Shown here piece by piece: positions 1 to 10,100 of a stretch of 33,952 bases of DNA (the first letter of the stretch is position 1; the number at the start of each line of letters is the position of its first letter). The DNA lies in contig JANXLS010000987.1 in the NCBI GenBank assembly GCA_025355035.1, positions 1-33,952 of the forward strand. The letters are read 5' to 3'. Below the pieces are notes generated by a model. It was not told where the DNA came from. It made no database searches and saw only the letters and a list, made by a program, of their open reading frames with translations. Source of the stretch: Planctomycetota bacterium. GTDB taxonomy: Bacteria; Planctomycetota; SZUA-567; H5-PLA8. The position numbers were made by a program, and so were the translations under genes.

Positions 1-1456
1 CGTCGTCGCCATCGAAAGCGACCGCGAATTCGCGCTCAGCGTCCTCCAACGCATCGACCGCGAACTCACTCACCGCGGCGAACTCTTCCGCAAAGCCCGA
101 GTCCAGGATTTCCCGAGCTTCCGCAAAGCCAACCGCGATCACATCATGCCCCGCACGCTGTTGATGATCGACGAATTCCAGGAGTTCTTCACCGACGACG
201 ACAGCGTCGCCCAGGACGCCGCACTCCTCCTCGACCGCATCGTCCGCCAAGGGCGCGCCTTCGGCATCCATGTCGTCTTAGGCTCTCAGACATTGGGCGG
301 AACTTACACGCTTTCGAAGAGCACCCTCGGGCAAGTCGTCGTTCGTATCGCGCTGCAATGCACGGAAGCCGATTCGTATCTCGTGCTCAGTGACGATAAC
401 GCCGCCGCCAGTTTGCTGACGCGTCCGGGCGACGCCATCTACAACGACATGGCCGGCATGATCGAAGGCAACAACCCCTTCCAAGCCGTGTATCTCCCGA
501 AGGACGAGCAGGACAAATGCCTCGACATTTTGGAACGCAAATCCGCCGACGGCGCCATGGACGCCGTCGATCCCCTCGTGATCTTCGAAGGCAACAGCCT
601 CTCGGATATCCGCAACAATTCCGTTCTGCGCAACGTTGCGAAAAGCCCTCTGCCGGAGGTTGTCAGCAGTCCGCGCGTCTGGCTCGGCGAACCCAACGCG
701 ATCAAGGGCCCGACCGAAGTCCAGTTCGGCAAACAAGCTGGCAGCAATCTTCTGATCCTCGGACATCGCGGCGACACCGAAATCGCCATGGCCTGCGCAA
801 CGGTGATCAGCCTCGCCGCCGCTCACGCACACGGTTCGATCGCCATTAAAATCCTCGACGGCACCCGCCCGGATTCCCCCGCGCGCGAGCGTCTCGAACT
901 TCTGGTGAAAGCGCTCCCGCACGAAATCGAAATCTGTGATTACCGCCGCGCGCCGACAGCCCTTCAGGAATTGGCCGAGGTCATGAAGTCGCGCCAAGCG
1001 CAGGACGCCGAAGCCGGCAAGCGCATCTTCGTTCTCGTGCTGGGACTCGAAAAATTCCGCATGCTCCGTCAGGAAGACGAATTCAGCTTCTCGTCCTCGT
1101 CCGACGAAAGTGGCGCGTCCGCGTCAAAAGCTTTCACCGACCTGCTGCTTGAAGGCCCGAACGCCGGCATCCATTCGCTGGTGTGGTGCGATACACTCAG
1201 CAACCTGAACCGCAGCCTCAGCCGCAAAACGCTCCGCGAATTCGAAATGCGCGTGCTCTTCCAAATGAGCGCCTCGGACTCATCCGAACTCATCGACAAC
1301 CCCGCCGCGAACCGACTGGGCATGTACAACGCACTCTTCTATTCCGCCTCAAACGGAGCCATGGAAAAGTTCCGTCCCTACGAAGCCCCCGACAAAGATT
1401 TCATTGCCGAATTCGCCCAGACTCTCGCAAACCGAGCCGAGCCCATCGTCAAGTAG
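1..1456 (+). CDS. FtsK/SpoIIIE-family multi-domain P-loop ATPase, C-terminal part (5' end is upstream of the window); EssC/EccC-like layout
   Basis: The frame is open from nt 2 with no stop, so the listed Met at 146 is internal. A Walker B-like LLMIDEFQ is followed by GRAFGIHVVLGSQ, typical of FtsK-type motor domains. A second P-loop-like domain of about 260 aa starts near nt 680. Its Walker A position reads LILGHRGDTEIA and its Walker B position reads FVLVLGLEKF, so both are degenerate. Confidence 0.8.
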   Translation, partial: VVAIESDREFALSVLQRIDRELTHRGELFRKARVQDFPSFRKANRDHIMPRTLLMIDEFQEFFTDDDSVAQDAALLLDRIVRQGRAFGIHVVLGSQTLGGTYTLSKSTLGQVVVRIALQCTEADSYLVLSDDNAAASLLTRPGDAIYNDMAGMIEGNNPFQAVYLPKDEQDKCLDILERKSADGAMDAVDPLVIFEGNSLSDIRNNSVLRNVAKSPLPEVVSSPRVWLGEPNAIKGPTEVQFGKQAGSNLLILGHRGDTEIAMACATVISLAAAHAHGSIAIKILDGTRPDSPARERLELLVKALPHEIEICDYRRAPTALQELAEVMKSRQAQDAEAGKRIFVLVLGLEKFRMLRQEDEFSFSSSSDESGASASKAFTDLLLEGPNAGIHSLVWCDTLSNLNRSLSRKTLREFEMRVLFQMSASDSSELIDNPAANRLGMYNALFYSASNGAMEKFRPYEAPDKDFIAEFAQTLANRAEPIVK

Positions 1457-1480
1457 AGTCGAAATCCGTTCGACTCTTTC
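1455..1480. terminator. Hairpin between convergent genes (possible bidirectional terminator)
   Basis: A 9-bp perfect stem, agagtcgaa / ttcgactct, encloses a 5-nt loop (1455-1477). It overlaps the stop codon at 1454-1456 by 2 nt. A moderately T-rich tail follows. Confidence 0.4.
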
Positions 1481-1482
1481 CT

Positions 1483-2886
1483 CTATTTTGAGGGAGCCGG
1501 CGGAGGTTGGCTCTGCTCATCAAACTCTTTCGCCAGCACATTCATTCCCGCCTTCACATCCTCCAACGTCCCCACCACGACAAACAGGTGGTACGAATAG
1601 TCCCCCGGCTTGATCCCGCTTTTGTCAAAGACGCGAAACACGCAGTTCCATTTCACCACTTTCTGCGGCGCAAACCGAAATCGTCCATATCGAACTTTTT
1701 CGTCGCCGCCCGGTTGCTTCTTCGGAGCAAAAATCCCCATCGCATGACTCCCGCTTTCGGTCGCCAAAACAATCGGGCGATCTTGTTCACCCGGACCGTC
1801 ACCGATCGTCTCGAACTCCCCCGACTTCGGATCACGCGCATAAAATTTCGCAAACGCCGCAGGCATGTAACCCGTGACCGCTTCAACAACGAGCTGGTTG
1901 TGCTTCTCATTCGGTACTGTAAAAACGGTGTCGTATTCGATGATGTTGGGAACTTCGTTGTGTCCAATGTGAACGCGTTTGGCGACAAGATGATTTGACA
2001 GCGCAACGGTATTCTTCGCCGGTTCCCCGCCCGATTTCTCACCAGGCAACAACCAAAATGCCATTTGAATCGTTGTCTTCAATTCCGCACCCATGGCCGA
2101 AATATTCAGCAACCGGCTCGTCGAATAGTCACCGGCACCATCGTCGCGCGACCCCGCTTCCGTCGGATTGAACGTCTCCGCTTTCATCCTCGTTCCGCAA
2201 TCCAGATTCGTCGCCGATTGCAACTGTCTCCCGTGATCATGGCTATCGATAAACTCCTGCCCGTTCCACGTCAGCGAATGAATCGCCCCGGCCAATCGCG
2301 ACGTGGTCGTGATCACGATCTCCGAATTTTTGAACGGCGAACGAATCTGCGCGTTCCCTTTGGCGTTCGGAAGTTCCTTCGCCGGGCCACCCTCGCCCAG
2401 CTTCCACTCTTTCACAACTTTTCCGTTCTTGCCTTTGATCCGAACAAACGCAACCCGACATTCACCCGGACTCGTGCTGGGATCCAGCCGAATCCGCCCG
2501 ATTTCTGGCGCTTCAATTTTCACTGAATAATCATGCCATTCGTTATCGTGAACAAACGAGAAATTGACGTGCGATCGCGCTGAAAACTCTCCGGTCTTCT
2601 CCCGCGAAGCCCAATAGATCTGCGTGAACCCTTTGCTCTTCGATTTCGCACGCAACTCCACGCTGAACGGACCCGTTGCATCGAGGAATTCCGGCGAAAT
2701 AATGTACGGATCGTTGTCCGTCGAATTGATGACACATTCTCCGCCAACCATCGCGAGCGAACAATCTTTCGACGGCTGCCACATGGAGCCATCGGCAACG
2801 GTGATGGCAACGCCGTTTTGCGCCCCGAAAACCGAAGCACTCCACACAGCCATTGCGATGGCCAGCAATCGAGTCTGTCGAATCAT
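1483..2886 (-). CDS. Secreted hypothetical protein; N-terminal beta-sandwich-like region plus an uncharacterised C-terminal domain
   Basis: The long ORF has genome-typical G/C third positions. The ATG at 2884-2886 is preceded by GGAGAG with a 6-nt spacer. The listed start at 2904 is a TTG inside that ribosome-binding site. The N-terminus MIRQTRLLAIAMAVWSASVFGAQ resembles a signal peptide. I recognise no family motif. Confidence 0.75.
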   Translation of the reverse strand: MIRQTRLLAIAMAVWSASVFGAQNGVAITVADGSMWQPSKDCSLAMVGGECVINSTDNDPYIISPEFLDATGPFSVELRAKSKSKGFTQIYWASREKTGEFSARSHVNFSFVHDNEWHDYSVKIEAPEIGRIRLDPSTSPGECRVAFVRIKGKNGKVVKEWKLGEGGPAKELPNAKGNAQIRSPFKNSEIVITTTSRLAGAIHSLTWNGQEFIDSHDHGRQLQSATNLDCGTRMKAETFNPTEAGSRDDGAGDYSTSRLLNISAMGAELKTTIQMAFWLLPGEKSGGEPAKNTVALSNHLVAKRVHIGHNEVPNIIEYDTVFTVPNEKHNQLVVEAVTGYMPAAFAKFYARDPKSGEFETIGDGPGEQDRPIVLATESGSHAMGIFAPKKQPGGDEKVRYGRFRFAPQKVVKWNCVFRVFDKSGIKPGDYSYHLFVVVGTLEDVKAGMNVLAKEFDEQSQPPPAPSK

Positions 2887-2995
2887 ACCGTTCTCTCCGT
2901 CCAAACCTACGCGTCATTTGCAATCGACTTTCGGCAATCACGTGTCACACTTCGAGCGATGCATTGGAACTTTATCCGTTGACCGGTGATTTCGC

Positions 2996-4507
2996 ATGTC
3001 GCTTCTCTGCACGAACATTGAAAAAAGATTTGGATCAAACCGTGCGCTGGCAGGCGCAAACCTATTCGTCCGCACCGGCTCCATCCACGCGCTGCTCGGA
3101 GAGAACGGCGCCGGCAAATCAACGCTCAACAACATTGTCTCGGGTGCACTCCAGGCCGATTCGGGCACAATCGAAATCGATGGGCGCGCCGCGCGTTTCA
3201 GTTCGCCCCTCGAAGCCGCAGCCGCCGGAGTCGGTGTGGTCCATCAACATTTTCTGCTCGCTGAAGCCTTGACCGTTGCTGAAAACATCGCGCTTGGGAT
3301 GCGGTGCAGTACCTTCGGACTCCGTTTCGATTCTAAAAAAGCCGAGACCGCCGTTGCACAATTGGCCGAGCGCACCGGCCTGCATGTCGATCCGCGCGCG
3401 CGCGTTGCCGACCTTCCAGTCGGCCTGCGCCAACGCGTTGAAATTCTCAAGTCCTTGTCGCGCGGCGCAAAAATACTGCTCCTCGACGAACCCACCGCCG
3501 TGCTCGCGCCGGCTGAAATCGAACGTTTGTTCGTCACGCTGCGCAATCTCCGCGACGAAGGCCGCACGATCGTGATTGTCACGCACAAGCTCGACGAAGT
3601 CTTCGCGCTCGCCAGCGACGTGACCGTCTTGCGCAAGGGCGCAACCGTCTGCGAATCAACGATCAGCAACATCACGCCCGGTGAATTGGCCCACGCCATG
3701 ATCGGCCAGGATCCTCCGCGATTGATCAATGAGGTTCAATCTCCCCTCATCGACCTGAAAACCTCCGCACCCGTCGTGTTGGAACTGCGCGGATTACGCG
3801 TCGCGAGGACATTGAACGTCGCGGAGCTCATCGTTCGCGCGGGGGAAGTCGTCGGTGTCGCCGGTGTCGAAGGCAATGGACAGGACGAGCTCGCCGGGGC
3901 TATCGCCGGGACGTTGGAGCAGCCGCACTCCATCGAAACGCTGAAGCTGGGCCGCGTCGATCTACGCACACTGTCCATTAGCGAACGCAGCCACGCGGGA
4001 ATCGCAACAATTCCATCGGATCGCCACCGCGAAGGTCTCGTACTCGAAATGTCGCTCAGCGAAAATCTGAATCTGCGAACACCCGTCGAGCGCTCTGTTG
4101 CCTGCATGTCCCTGCTGGATTCCGCAGCCATGAATTCCAAGACGAAGGAACTTTTGCTGTCCTACGGCGCGTTCCCGTCCGATCCGATGCTCCCGGCGGG
4201 AGCGCTCAGTGGCGGCAATCAGCAAAAGGCAATTGCGGCGCGCGAATTGAGCTGCGAACCCAAATTGATCCTCGCCTGCAATCCGACGCGTGGCCTCGAT
4301 GTGGGCGCGGCGGCCGAGATCCAAAACAGGCTGCTCGTCGCGGCGCGCGAACGAAACGCCGCCGTGCTCTTGATATCAGCCGACCTCGACGAAGTGCTCG
4401 CACTCTCCAATCGCATCTTCGCGCTCTATCGCGGAACTCTGATCGCTATCGGAGCGCGCGGCGTCTCGCGCGATGCGGTTGGGCGCGCGATGGTTGGGGC
4501 GACATAA
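2996..4507 (+). CDS. ABC transporter ATP-binding protein with duplicated ATPase domains (CUT2 sugar/nucleoside type, YufO/RnsB-like)
   Basis: Domain 1 has Walker A GENGAGKST, the signature-like LPVGLRQRVEILKSL and Walker B ILLLDEPT. Domain 2 has a degenerate P-loop GVEGNGQDE, the signature LSGGNQQK and Walker B-like VLLISADLDE. Confidence 0.9.
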   Translation: MSLLCTNIEKRFGSNRALAGANLFVRTGSIHALLGENGAGKSTLNNIVSGALQADSGTIEIDGRAARFSSPLEAAAAGVGVVHQHFLLAEALTVAENIALGMRCSTFGLRFDSKKAETAVAQLAERTGLHVDPRARVADLPVGLRQRVEILKSLSRGAKILLLDEPTAVLAPAEIERLFVTLRNLRDEGRTIVIVTHKLDEVFALASDVTVLRKGATVCESTISNITPGELAHAMIGQDPPRLINEVQSPLIDLKTSAPVVLELRGLRVARTLNVAELIVRAGEVVGVAGVEGNGQDELAGAIAGTLEQPHSIETLKLGRVDLRTLSISERSHAGIATIPSDRHREGLVLEMSLSENLNLRTPVERSVACMSLLDSAAMNSKTKELLLSYGAFPSDPMLPAGALSGGNQQKAIAARELSCEPKLILACNPTRGLDVGAAAEIQNRLLVAARERNAAVLLISADLDEVLALSNRIFALYRGTLIAIGARGVSRDAVGRAMVGAT

Positions 4508-7051
4508 TTATTTGTCGTTCAAAATCGGCAGCCATTCGCCACGGTAACCGCTCAGTTGCAAGGGTCCAGACGCATTCGAACGAATACGAATCGATCCCTC
4601 CTGATGCGGCGAAAGAACCCACGTATTCAGTGCCTCGAATTCCATTCCCGATGATTCGTCCGCATTCTTCGACGTCCCCGCAATAATCACACTGTTCTTC
4701 GAACGTTGAATCAAATCGACTGTTTCGCGCGGCCATCGATTGTATTCTCCGGGCATGATTCTCAACACGTCCGCTTCCATCGACAACTCTTTCTTGGCGA
4801 GCAATCGTCCGAGCGATGCGCCCGATTTTGCATCTGCAAAAAGTGTGCTGAATGAACCATATGCTATCCGAACACAAAGTGTACTCGCGTTTGCCGCCGG
4901 TTTGTCGAACGGGGGGCCGTCATCCGAAAATTGCCATTCAATTCCGTCCGGCGCAACGCATTTCGCTGAAAGGGTGGGTGAGCCATAATGTATTCCTTTT
5001 TCCGTCAACATCGTTTCAAGTGTCCGACGCGTTTCGCTTGGAAATTTGCAGCGCGGGAGGATCACCCGATCGATTCGAACGCGCGGCACAATCTCCAGAG
5101 CGCCTTCGATCGCGTTGGGCTGATCGGCAGTGATCACCAGCAGCGCCAGTCGATGAATTCGTCTGCGGCGCAGCAACTCGACGATGCGCAACCCCTGCCC
5201 TCCTCCACCCGCGTCGATTAATGCCGCTCCATCGCTCGTCTCAATTAAGGCCGCTCGTCCGCGCGACAGATCCAAAATCGTCAGTTCTGGTGTCGTCGGG
5301 CGATGGAGAAAAAGGACGTTCGCAACCAATAGGAGTGGACACGCGCACACGACGCAGGCCACGCGCAAGACGCTCATTTCCCCACGACGCGCCACCCAGG
5401 TCCACACCAGCAACGCGGCATAAGCGGCGAGCGTCCACACAAGCGGATGCGGCATGTCGATCGATGCGCCGGGAAGATTTGCGCAAAACGAATTGACCGA
5501 TTCGAGTGCGCCCAGCGAAACCCATGCGCCCCAACCCAGAATTTTCCCGAGCACAGGCCACACATATCCCAGCACGATCGTGGCCGTTCCGAACGCCATG
5601 CAAATGCTCAAAAACGGAAGCGCGAAGAGATTCACAAAAAGTCCGAGCGCGGAAAATCGCCCCATGTGCCAGGCGACCGATGGCGACGTTGCCAGCCATG
5701 CGGCCAACGTCACCAGCATGGATTCCACAATCCATTGCTTGATCCGCTCGCTCCATTCCAACGCTTCGCCCGGAGCCGATGTAAGTAGGCGCGCATGTTG
5801 AACGCGCCATTTCTCCCAAGTCGCTTTGAAGATCGGCAAAAGTGTGTGCAGCGAGAGCACCGCCAGAAACGAAAGCTGAAATCCCGCGGTGAACAAATCG
5901 TGCGGCGCGTAGGACAAAACGATCAACGCCGCCATGCCCAACGCGGTCAGCGGATCGGCTTCGCGTTGGAACGGCGACGCGAGCGCGTACGCGCCAAACA
6001 TAACCGTGGCTCGAACCGCTGGAGGCGACGAACCCGTCAGAAGACAATACGCAAGACACGCGGCGAGCACCCACCCGGCCGATTTTCGTTTGGCGATTCC
6101 GAAACATCCGAGCACTCGCCAGAGCGCCGCACAAACCAATTGAATATGCAGACCGCTGATCGCGAGCAAATGAGCGGTTCCAGAAATCGCAAACGCCTCG
6201 CGATCCGAGACACTCAGCGATTCCCTGCGGCCGAAGACCATGGCGTTCAGCAACCCGGCCTGTTCGGCGTGGCCATTCAACAGCGCCGGCGTATTCGCGG
6301 CAAGAATTCCGCTGACGCGCCGCAAACGAAGCCCGATTCGGCGCCAATCGGGAGCGTCTATTTTTCGCACCGTCGCGTTCGACACGTTTCCAACGCGCCC
6401 GATACCGAGCGCAGCCAGATACGATCCGTAGTCGAACCCATCCGGAATCGTCGCCACAGGAAGCGGTTCGATCACCGCACGAAACTCGACGCGATCGCCC
6501 TCGGCGAGCGTCGCAGCCAGATCGATCGGTGTGTTTGGCGCACCGTCATTCTCATCATCTGCGACAGATTTGTCGGGGCGTGCGATAACTTTGGACGTAA
6601 CGCGAATCCGTCCCGATGCGCGCTGCATGGCGTTTGCTTCTCGTCCCAACGCATCCAATTCAACCGTCCACGCGACGCGCTGATCCGTGGATTGATGTCC
6701 GTGACTTGAGCGCCACTCCGCTTCGAGAATCGTGCCGCGAATCCAAACAAGACAAGGGCGTTCGGGAGTGCGATGCGTCACGTCGTCGCTGGGACGAATT
6801 CGAAATTGTGCCGCATGACTGAAGGCCCCGAGAATCAGGGCGAACGCGAGTCCAAGCGGAAATATTGCGCGACGAAAATGAAATGCAGCGGCGAGTGCGG
6901 CGAGGGATGCAACGAGAAGAAGTGCGGCGAGAACCGTTAGCGGGAGCGTAACACAATCGTCGAGGAAGATGCCGCAGCAGCAGGACAGCGCCATCCAGAA
7001 AATCGGACGTCTTCGAAGAAAGCCGCTTTCCAGGCTAAGACGCTCCGGCAT
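4508..7051 (-). CDS. comEC: ComEC/Rec2-family DNA internalisation channel protein with a degenerate C-terminal metallo-beta-lactamase-like domain
   Basis: The 847-aa polytopic membrane protein carries the competence-domain motif FAISGTAHLLAISGLHI. Its C-terminal region of about 260 aa has the beta-lactamase-fold pattern (ILDLSRGRAALIETSDGAALIDAGG ... LLVITADQPNAIEG ... ADVLRIMPGEY), but the His/Asp ligands are replaced. Confidence 0.9.
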   Translation of the reverse strand: MPERLSLESGFLRRRPIFWMALSCCCGIFLDDCVTLPLTVLAALLLVASLAALAAAFHFRRAIFPLGLAFALILGAFSHAAQFRIRPSDDVTHRTPERPCLVWIRGTILEAEWRSSHGHQSTDQRVAWTVELDALGREANAMQRASGRIRVTSKVIARPDKSVADDENDGAPNTPIDLAATLAEGDRVEFRAVIEPLPVATIPDGFDYGSYLAALGIGRVGNVSNATVRKIDAPDWRRIGLRLRRVSGILAANTPALLNGHAEQAGLLNAMVFGRRESLSVSDREAFAISGTAHLLAISGLHIQLVCAALWRVLGCFGIAKRKSAGWVLAACLAYCLLTGSSPPAVRATVMFGAYALASPFQREADPLTALGMAALIVLSYAPHDLFTAGFQLSFLAVLSLHTLLPIFKATWEKWRVQHARLLTSAPGEALEWSERIKQWIVESMLVTLAAWLATSPSVAWHMGRFSALGLFVNLFALPFLSICMAFGTATIVLGYVWPVLGKILGWGAWVSLGALESVNSFCANLPGASIDMPHPLVWTLAAYAALLVWTWVARRGEMSVLRVACVVCACPLLLVANVLFLHRPTTPELTILDLSRGRAALIETSDGAALIDAGGGGQGLRIVELLRRRRIHRLALLVITADQPNAIEGALEIVPRVRIDRVILPRCKFPSETRRTLETMLTEKGIHYGSPTLSAKCVAPDGIEWQFSDDGPPFDKPAANASTLCVRIAYGSFSTLFADAKSGASLGRLLAKKELSMEADVLRIMPGEYNRWPRETVDLIQRSKNSVIIAGTSKNADESSGMEFEALNTWVLSPHQEGSIRIRSNASGPLQLSGYRGEWLPILNDK

Positions 7052-7113
7052 CGAAGTGGAGTCCTGAGAGGGCGTGAGAGCGAGATGGCTTCCCGCTCTA
7101 CCTTTTGGGAACG

Positions 7114-10100
7114 CTATTTATCAAGCCCGTCCGCATCAATGACTTTCAACTCGACCGTTGCGGGAACGCTGGCGTTTTCGCCGTCGGAAACGATCAGTTC
7201 GAATTTGTAGTCGCCAGCTTTGTAGATGCGAATGCCGACGCGATCCTTTGCCAGATTGGCCGGAGCGAGTTTTAAATTGTCGCCGCTGATTTGACGCCAC
7301 GTGTACGTCAGTTCCTTGCCCTGCGGCCGACTCTTTGTTCCGTCAAGAATGATCACATTCTTCAACGGATTGGCTGGATCGGCGGGCGCATTGCGATTCG
7401 CGGCGGGGGCCGGATTGGGCGTGACCGTCGGCACCGCAACGGGCAACGTTCCGGGAGCCACCACGTTGACCGTCACCTGAACGGGTTCGCTGAAATCCTT
7501 GCCATCGAACGCCTGAACTTCGAACTTGGTCACGCCAACCTGTGCGGGCATGAAGCTCAATTTGTCTTTGCGCTGATCCAGTTCGTGATTGCCCCGGCGC
7601 CACCGGAACGTCAGCGGTTCGGGGCCCTTGTCCGGGTCGTTCGATGCCGATGCGTCGATCACCGTTTGAACACCCACTTCCGTCGTGATGACCGGTCGTT
7701 CAACGATCGCCACCGGGGGAATGTTCTTCGCGCGTGGGCGGGCCTGGAACGTGATTTGGGTTGGGGCGCTGTCGTCGTTTCCATCGTTGACGACGAGTTC
7801 CCAGACATACGTGCCTTCGGCTGGAACCACGAATTGAATCTTCGATTTGCGATCCTCGCCGATTTGCAGTTTCACCGGGACGTCGATCGGTTGCTTCTGC
7901 AGCCAATAAAACTTGAGCTGATCGCCAGTCGCACCGTTCGGCGATTTGGAACCGGAACCATCGAGGACAACCGTATCGCCGATTGAAGGCGGCGCGATTT
8001 CAGCGATGATTGCTTGAGGTAACGCGCCAGCCACAACGGTGAATGATACCGTCGCTGGGGCGCTCGCCGCTTCGCCATTGCTGACCACCAGTTCCATATC
8101 GTACGCACCGGGCTTGGTCGGCGTGATCACTATTTCCTGCGCCGAATCGCGCGGGGCAATCACCAGATTAGACGGGCCGTTTGTCTGCTTCCATTTGTAA
8201 CGTAATTCCGCACCGGACGGGTCGCTGCTGCGTTCACCCGTCAAACGAATTTCCCGGCCTGTCGGCAAGGGGTTTTTGTTTCGGATCGATGCTACGGCCG
8301 TCGGAATGGACGCAGCAGCCGCGGCTTTGATGTCGACCGCGAAGGTTTCAGTCTCGCTGCGTTGATTGTTCTGATCGACGATTTCGAGAGTGAACGTGTA
8401 CATGCCCGCTTTTTCGGGAATGAATCGAAGCACTCGACCGCGCCGTTGATTCCCTGTCAACCCCAGGAAGGGGCCGCCATCGACTTGCTGCGCCCAATAA
8501 AACTGAAGCGTTCCGTCGCCCGTGCTACCTTCACCCGAAAGTTCGACTTCGGTTTTCGCTTGAGCCGTCTTTGGTCCAGTAATCTTCGCGACCGGCTTGG
8601 CAGCCTTCGGCGGCGTCGGCTGGGCGCCCACTGCGGCCGCCACATCCACGGCAAATTTGCTCGGCTCGCTGTCGCACGAGCCATCGTTGACAATCAGTGT
8701 GATTAAATGCCGGCCGGGTTCGGTAACTTTAAATGTCCAATCCTGCTTCTTGGTGGTGGGCATCGGGTCTTTGATCTTCGGACCGCCATCGGATTCATCG
8801 GCCCAGCGATAGGTCAATGCCGTCTTGTTGGGGCTGAACGATTGCGCAGCGGAGAGTTTTACCGTGTCGCCGACACTGGCGCGTTCCTGGCCCGTGATCA
8901 CCGCCGTTGGCTTCAATTGAGCGGCGTCTTTGACGCCGACCTGTGTCCGCGCCGTGGCCGAGAGGCCCTTTGCGTTCGTCACTTCAATCTGGAACATGTA
9001 GGTGCCGGGCGTTTTGGTCGCGAATGTGAACGCCGCCGCGCTGGCTCGATCCGGTGGAATCTTGAGCGTCTTGGGTTCGAGACAGGTCCACAGAATTTTG
9101 AGTGGACCGCCGCTTTCATCGCGAATTTTGGCTTCGATCACCACTTTTTCGCCGAGGTTGCATTTCTGCGTCGGTTCCAATTCGATGACGGGCGCCTTTT
9201 CAGCTGCCAATACTTTGATGATAATCGGTTCGGAAACACCTTGTTTGCGCCCATCGCTGACCAGCAACGAAACACCGAATTCGCCTTCGCGTTCAGCCGA
9301 GAATCGAGCGATCGGGCCATCAATGCCGCGAATGTTTTCCGGGAAGCGTTTGCCCGGAACAGGTGCCCAGATGTATGTTAACTTGGCACCGTCATCACTT
9401 GAACTTTTCGATCCATCGAGCGTGACTTCATCGCCGATGGCAACTTCCGTTTTATTGGCCGTTAAGCGCGCAACCGGCGGCTTGGGTCCGCGCGGAGGAT
9501 CGGGCGGCGTGTCGATGTTCGGCGACGGCGTGACCGTGCCGGTACCGACTTGAATCGTGACCGGTTCGCTCTCGAGCACGCCGTTGGCGCAGTCAATGAG
9601 CAGGACAAATTTATAGATTCCGTTCTCCGTTGCGTTAAACGAATGAATCGGGAAATTGAATTTATCGCGGCGCGAGTTTGAAAACGGCTGCGTGACGTCC
9701 GGGACGATCAGCTTGACTTTGGGGCTCTTTTCGTCGTCGATTTGTTTCCACAAAAACTTCGGCGAATCCGCTTCATTGATGACCGAATTCGAGCCGTCCA
9801 AAACAATCGTGTCGCCGATGCGGAATGGCTTTTTGTTGTTCTGAACTTCTGCAACGGCTTTGGGTCGAGTGCGCGGTTGGCTGATAGTCGGCTTGTCGGG
9901 AATTACGACGGGGCCAGCTTCCTCAATCGGATCGACTTGCGGTGGTTTTCCTTGGGTTACTTCGACTTCGACCGTCGCCGGATCGCCCCAACGCTTGCTG
10001 TCAAATACCTTCAGCGAGAACACGTATTTTCCCGGAAGCTTGGCGAGGAAATCGACCTGTCGTGACTCCAACATATCCGGCGTCAGTACGAAGCCTCCCG

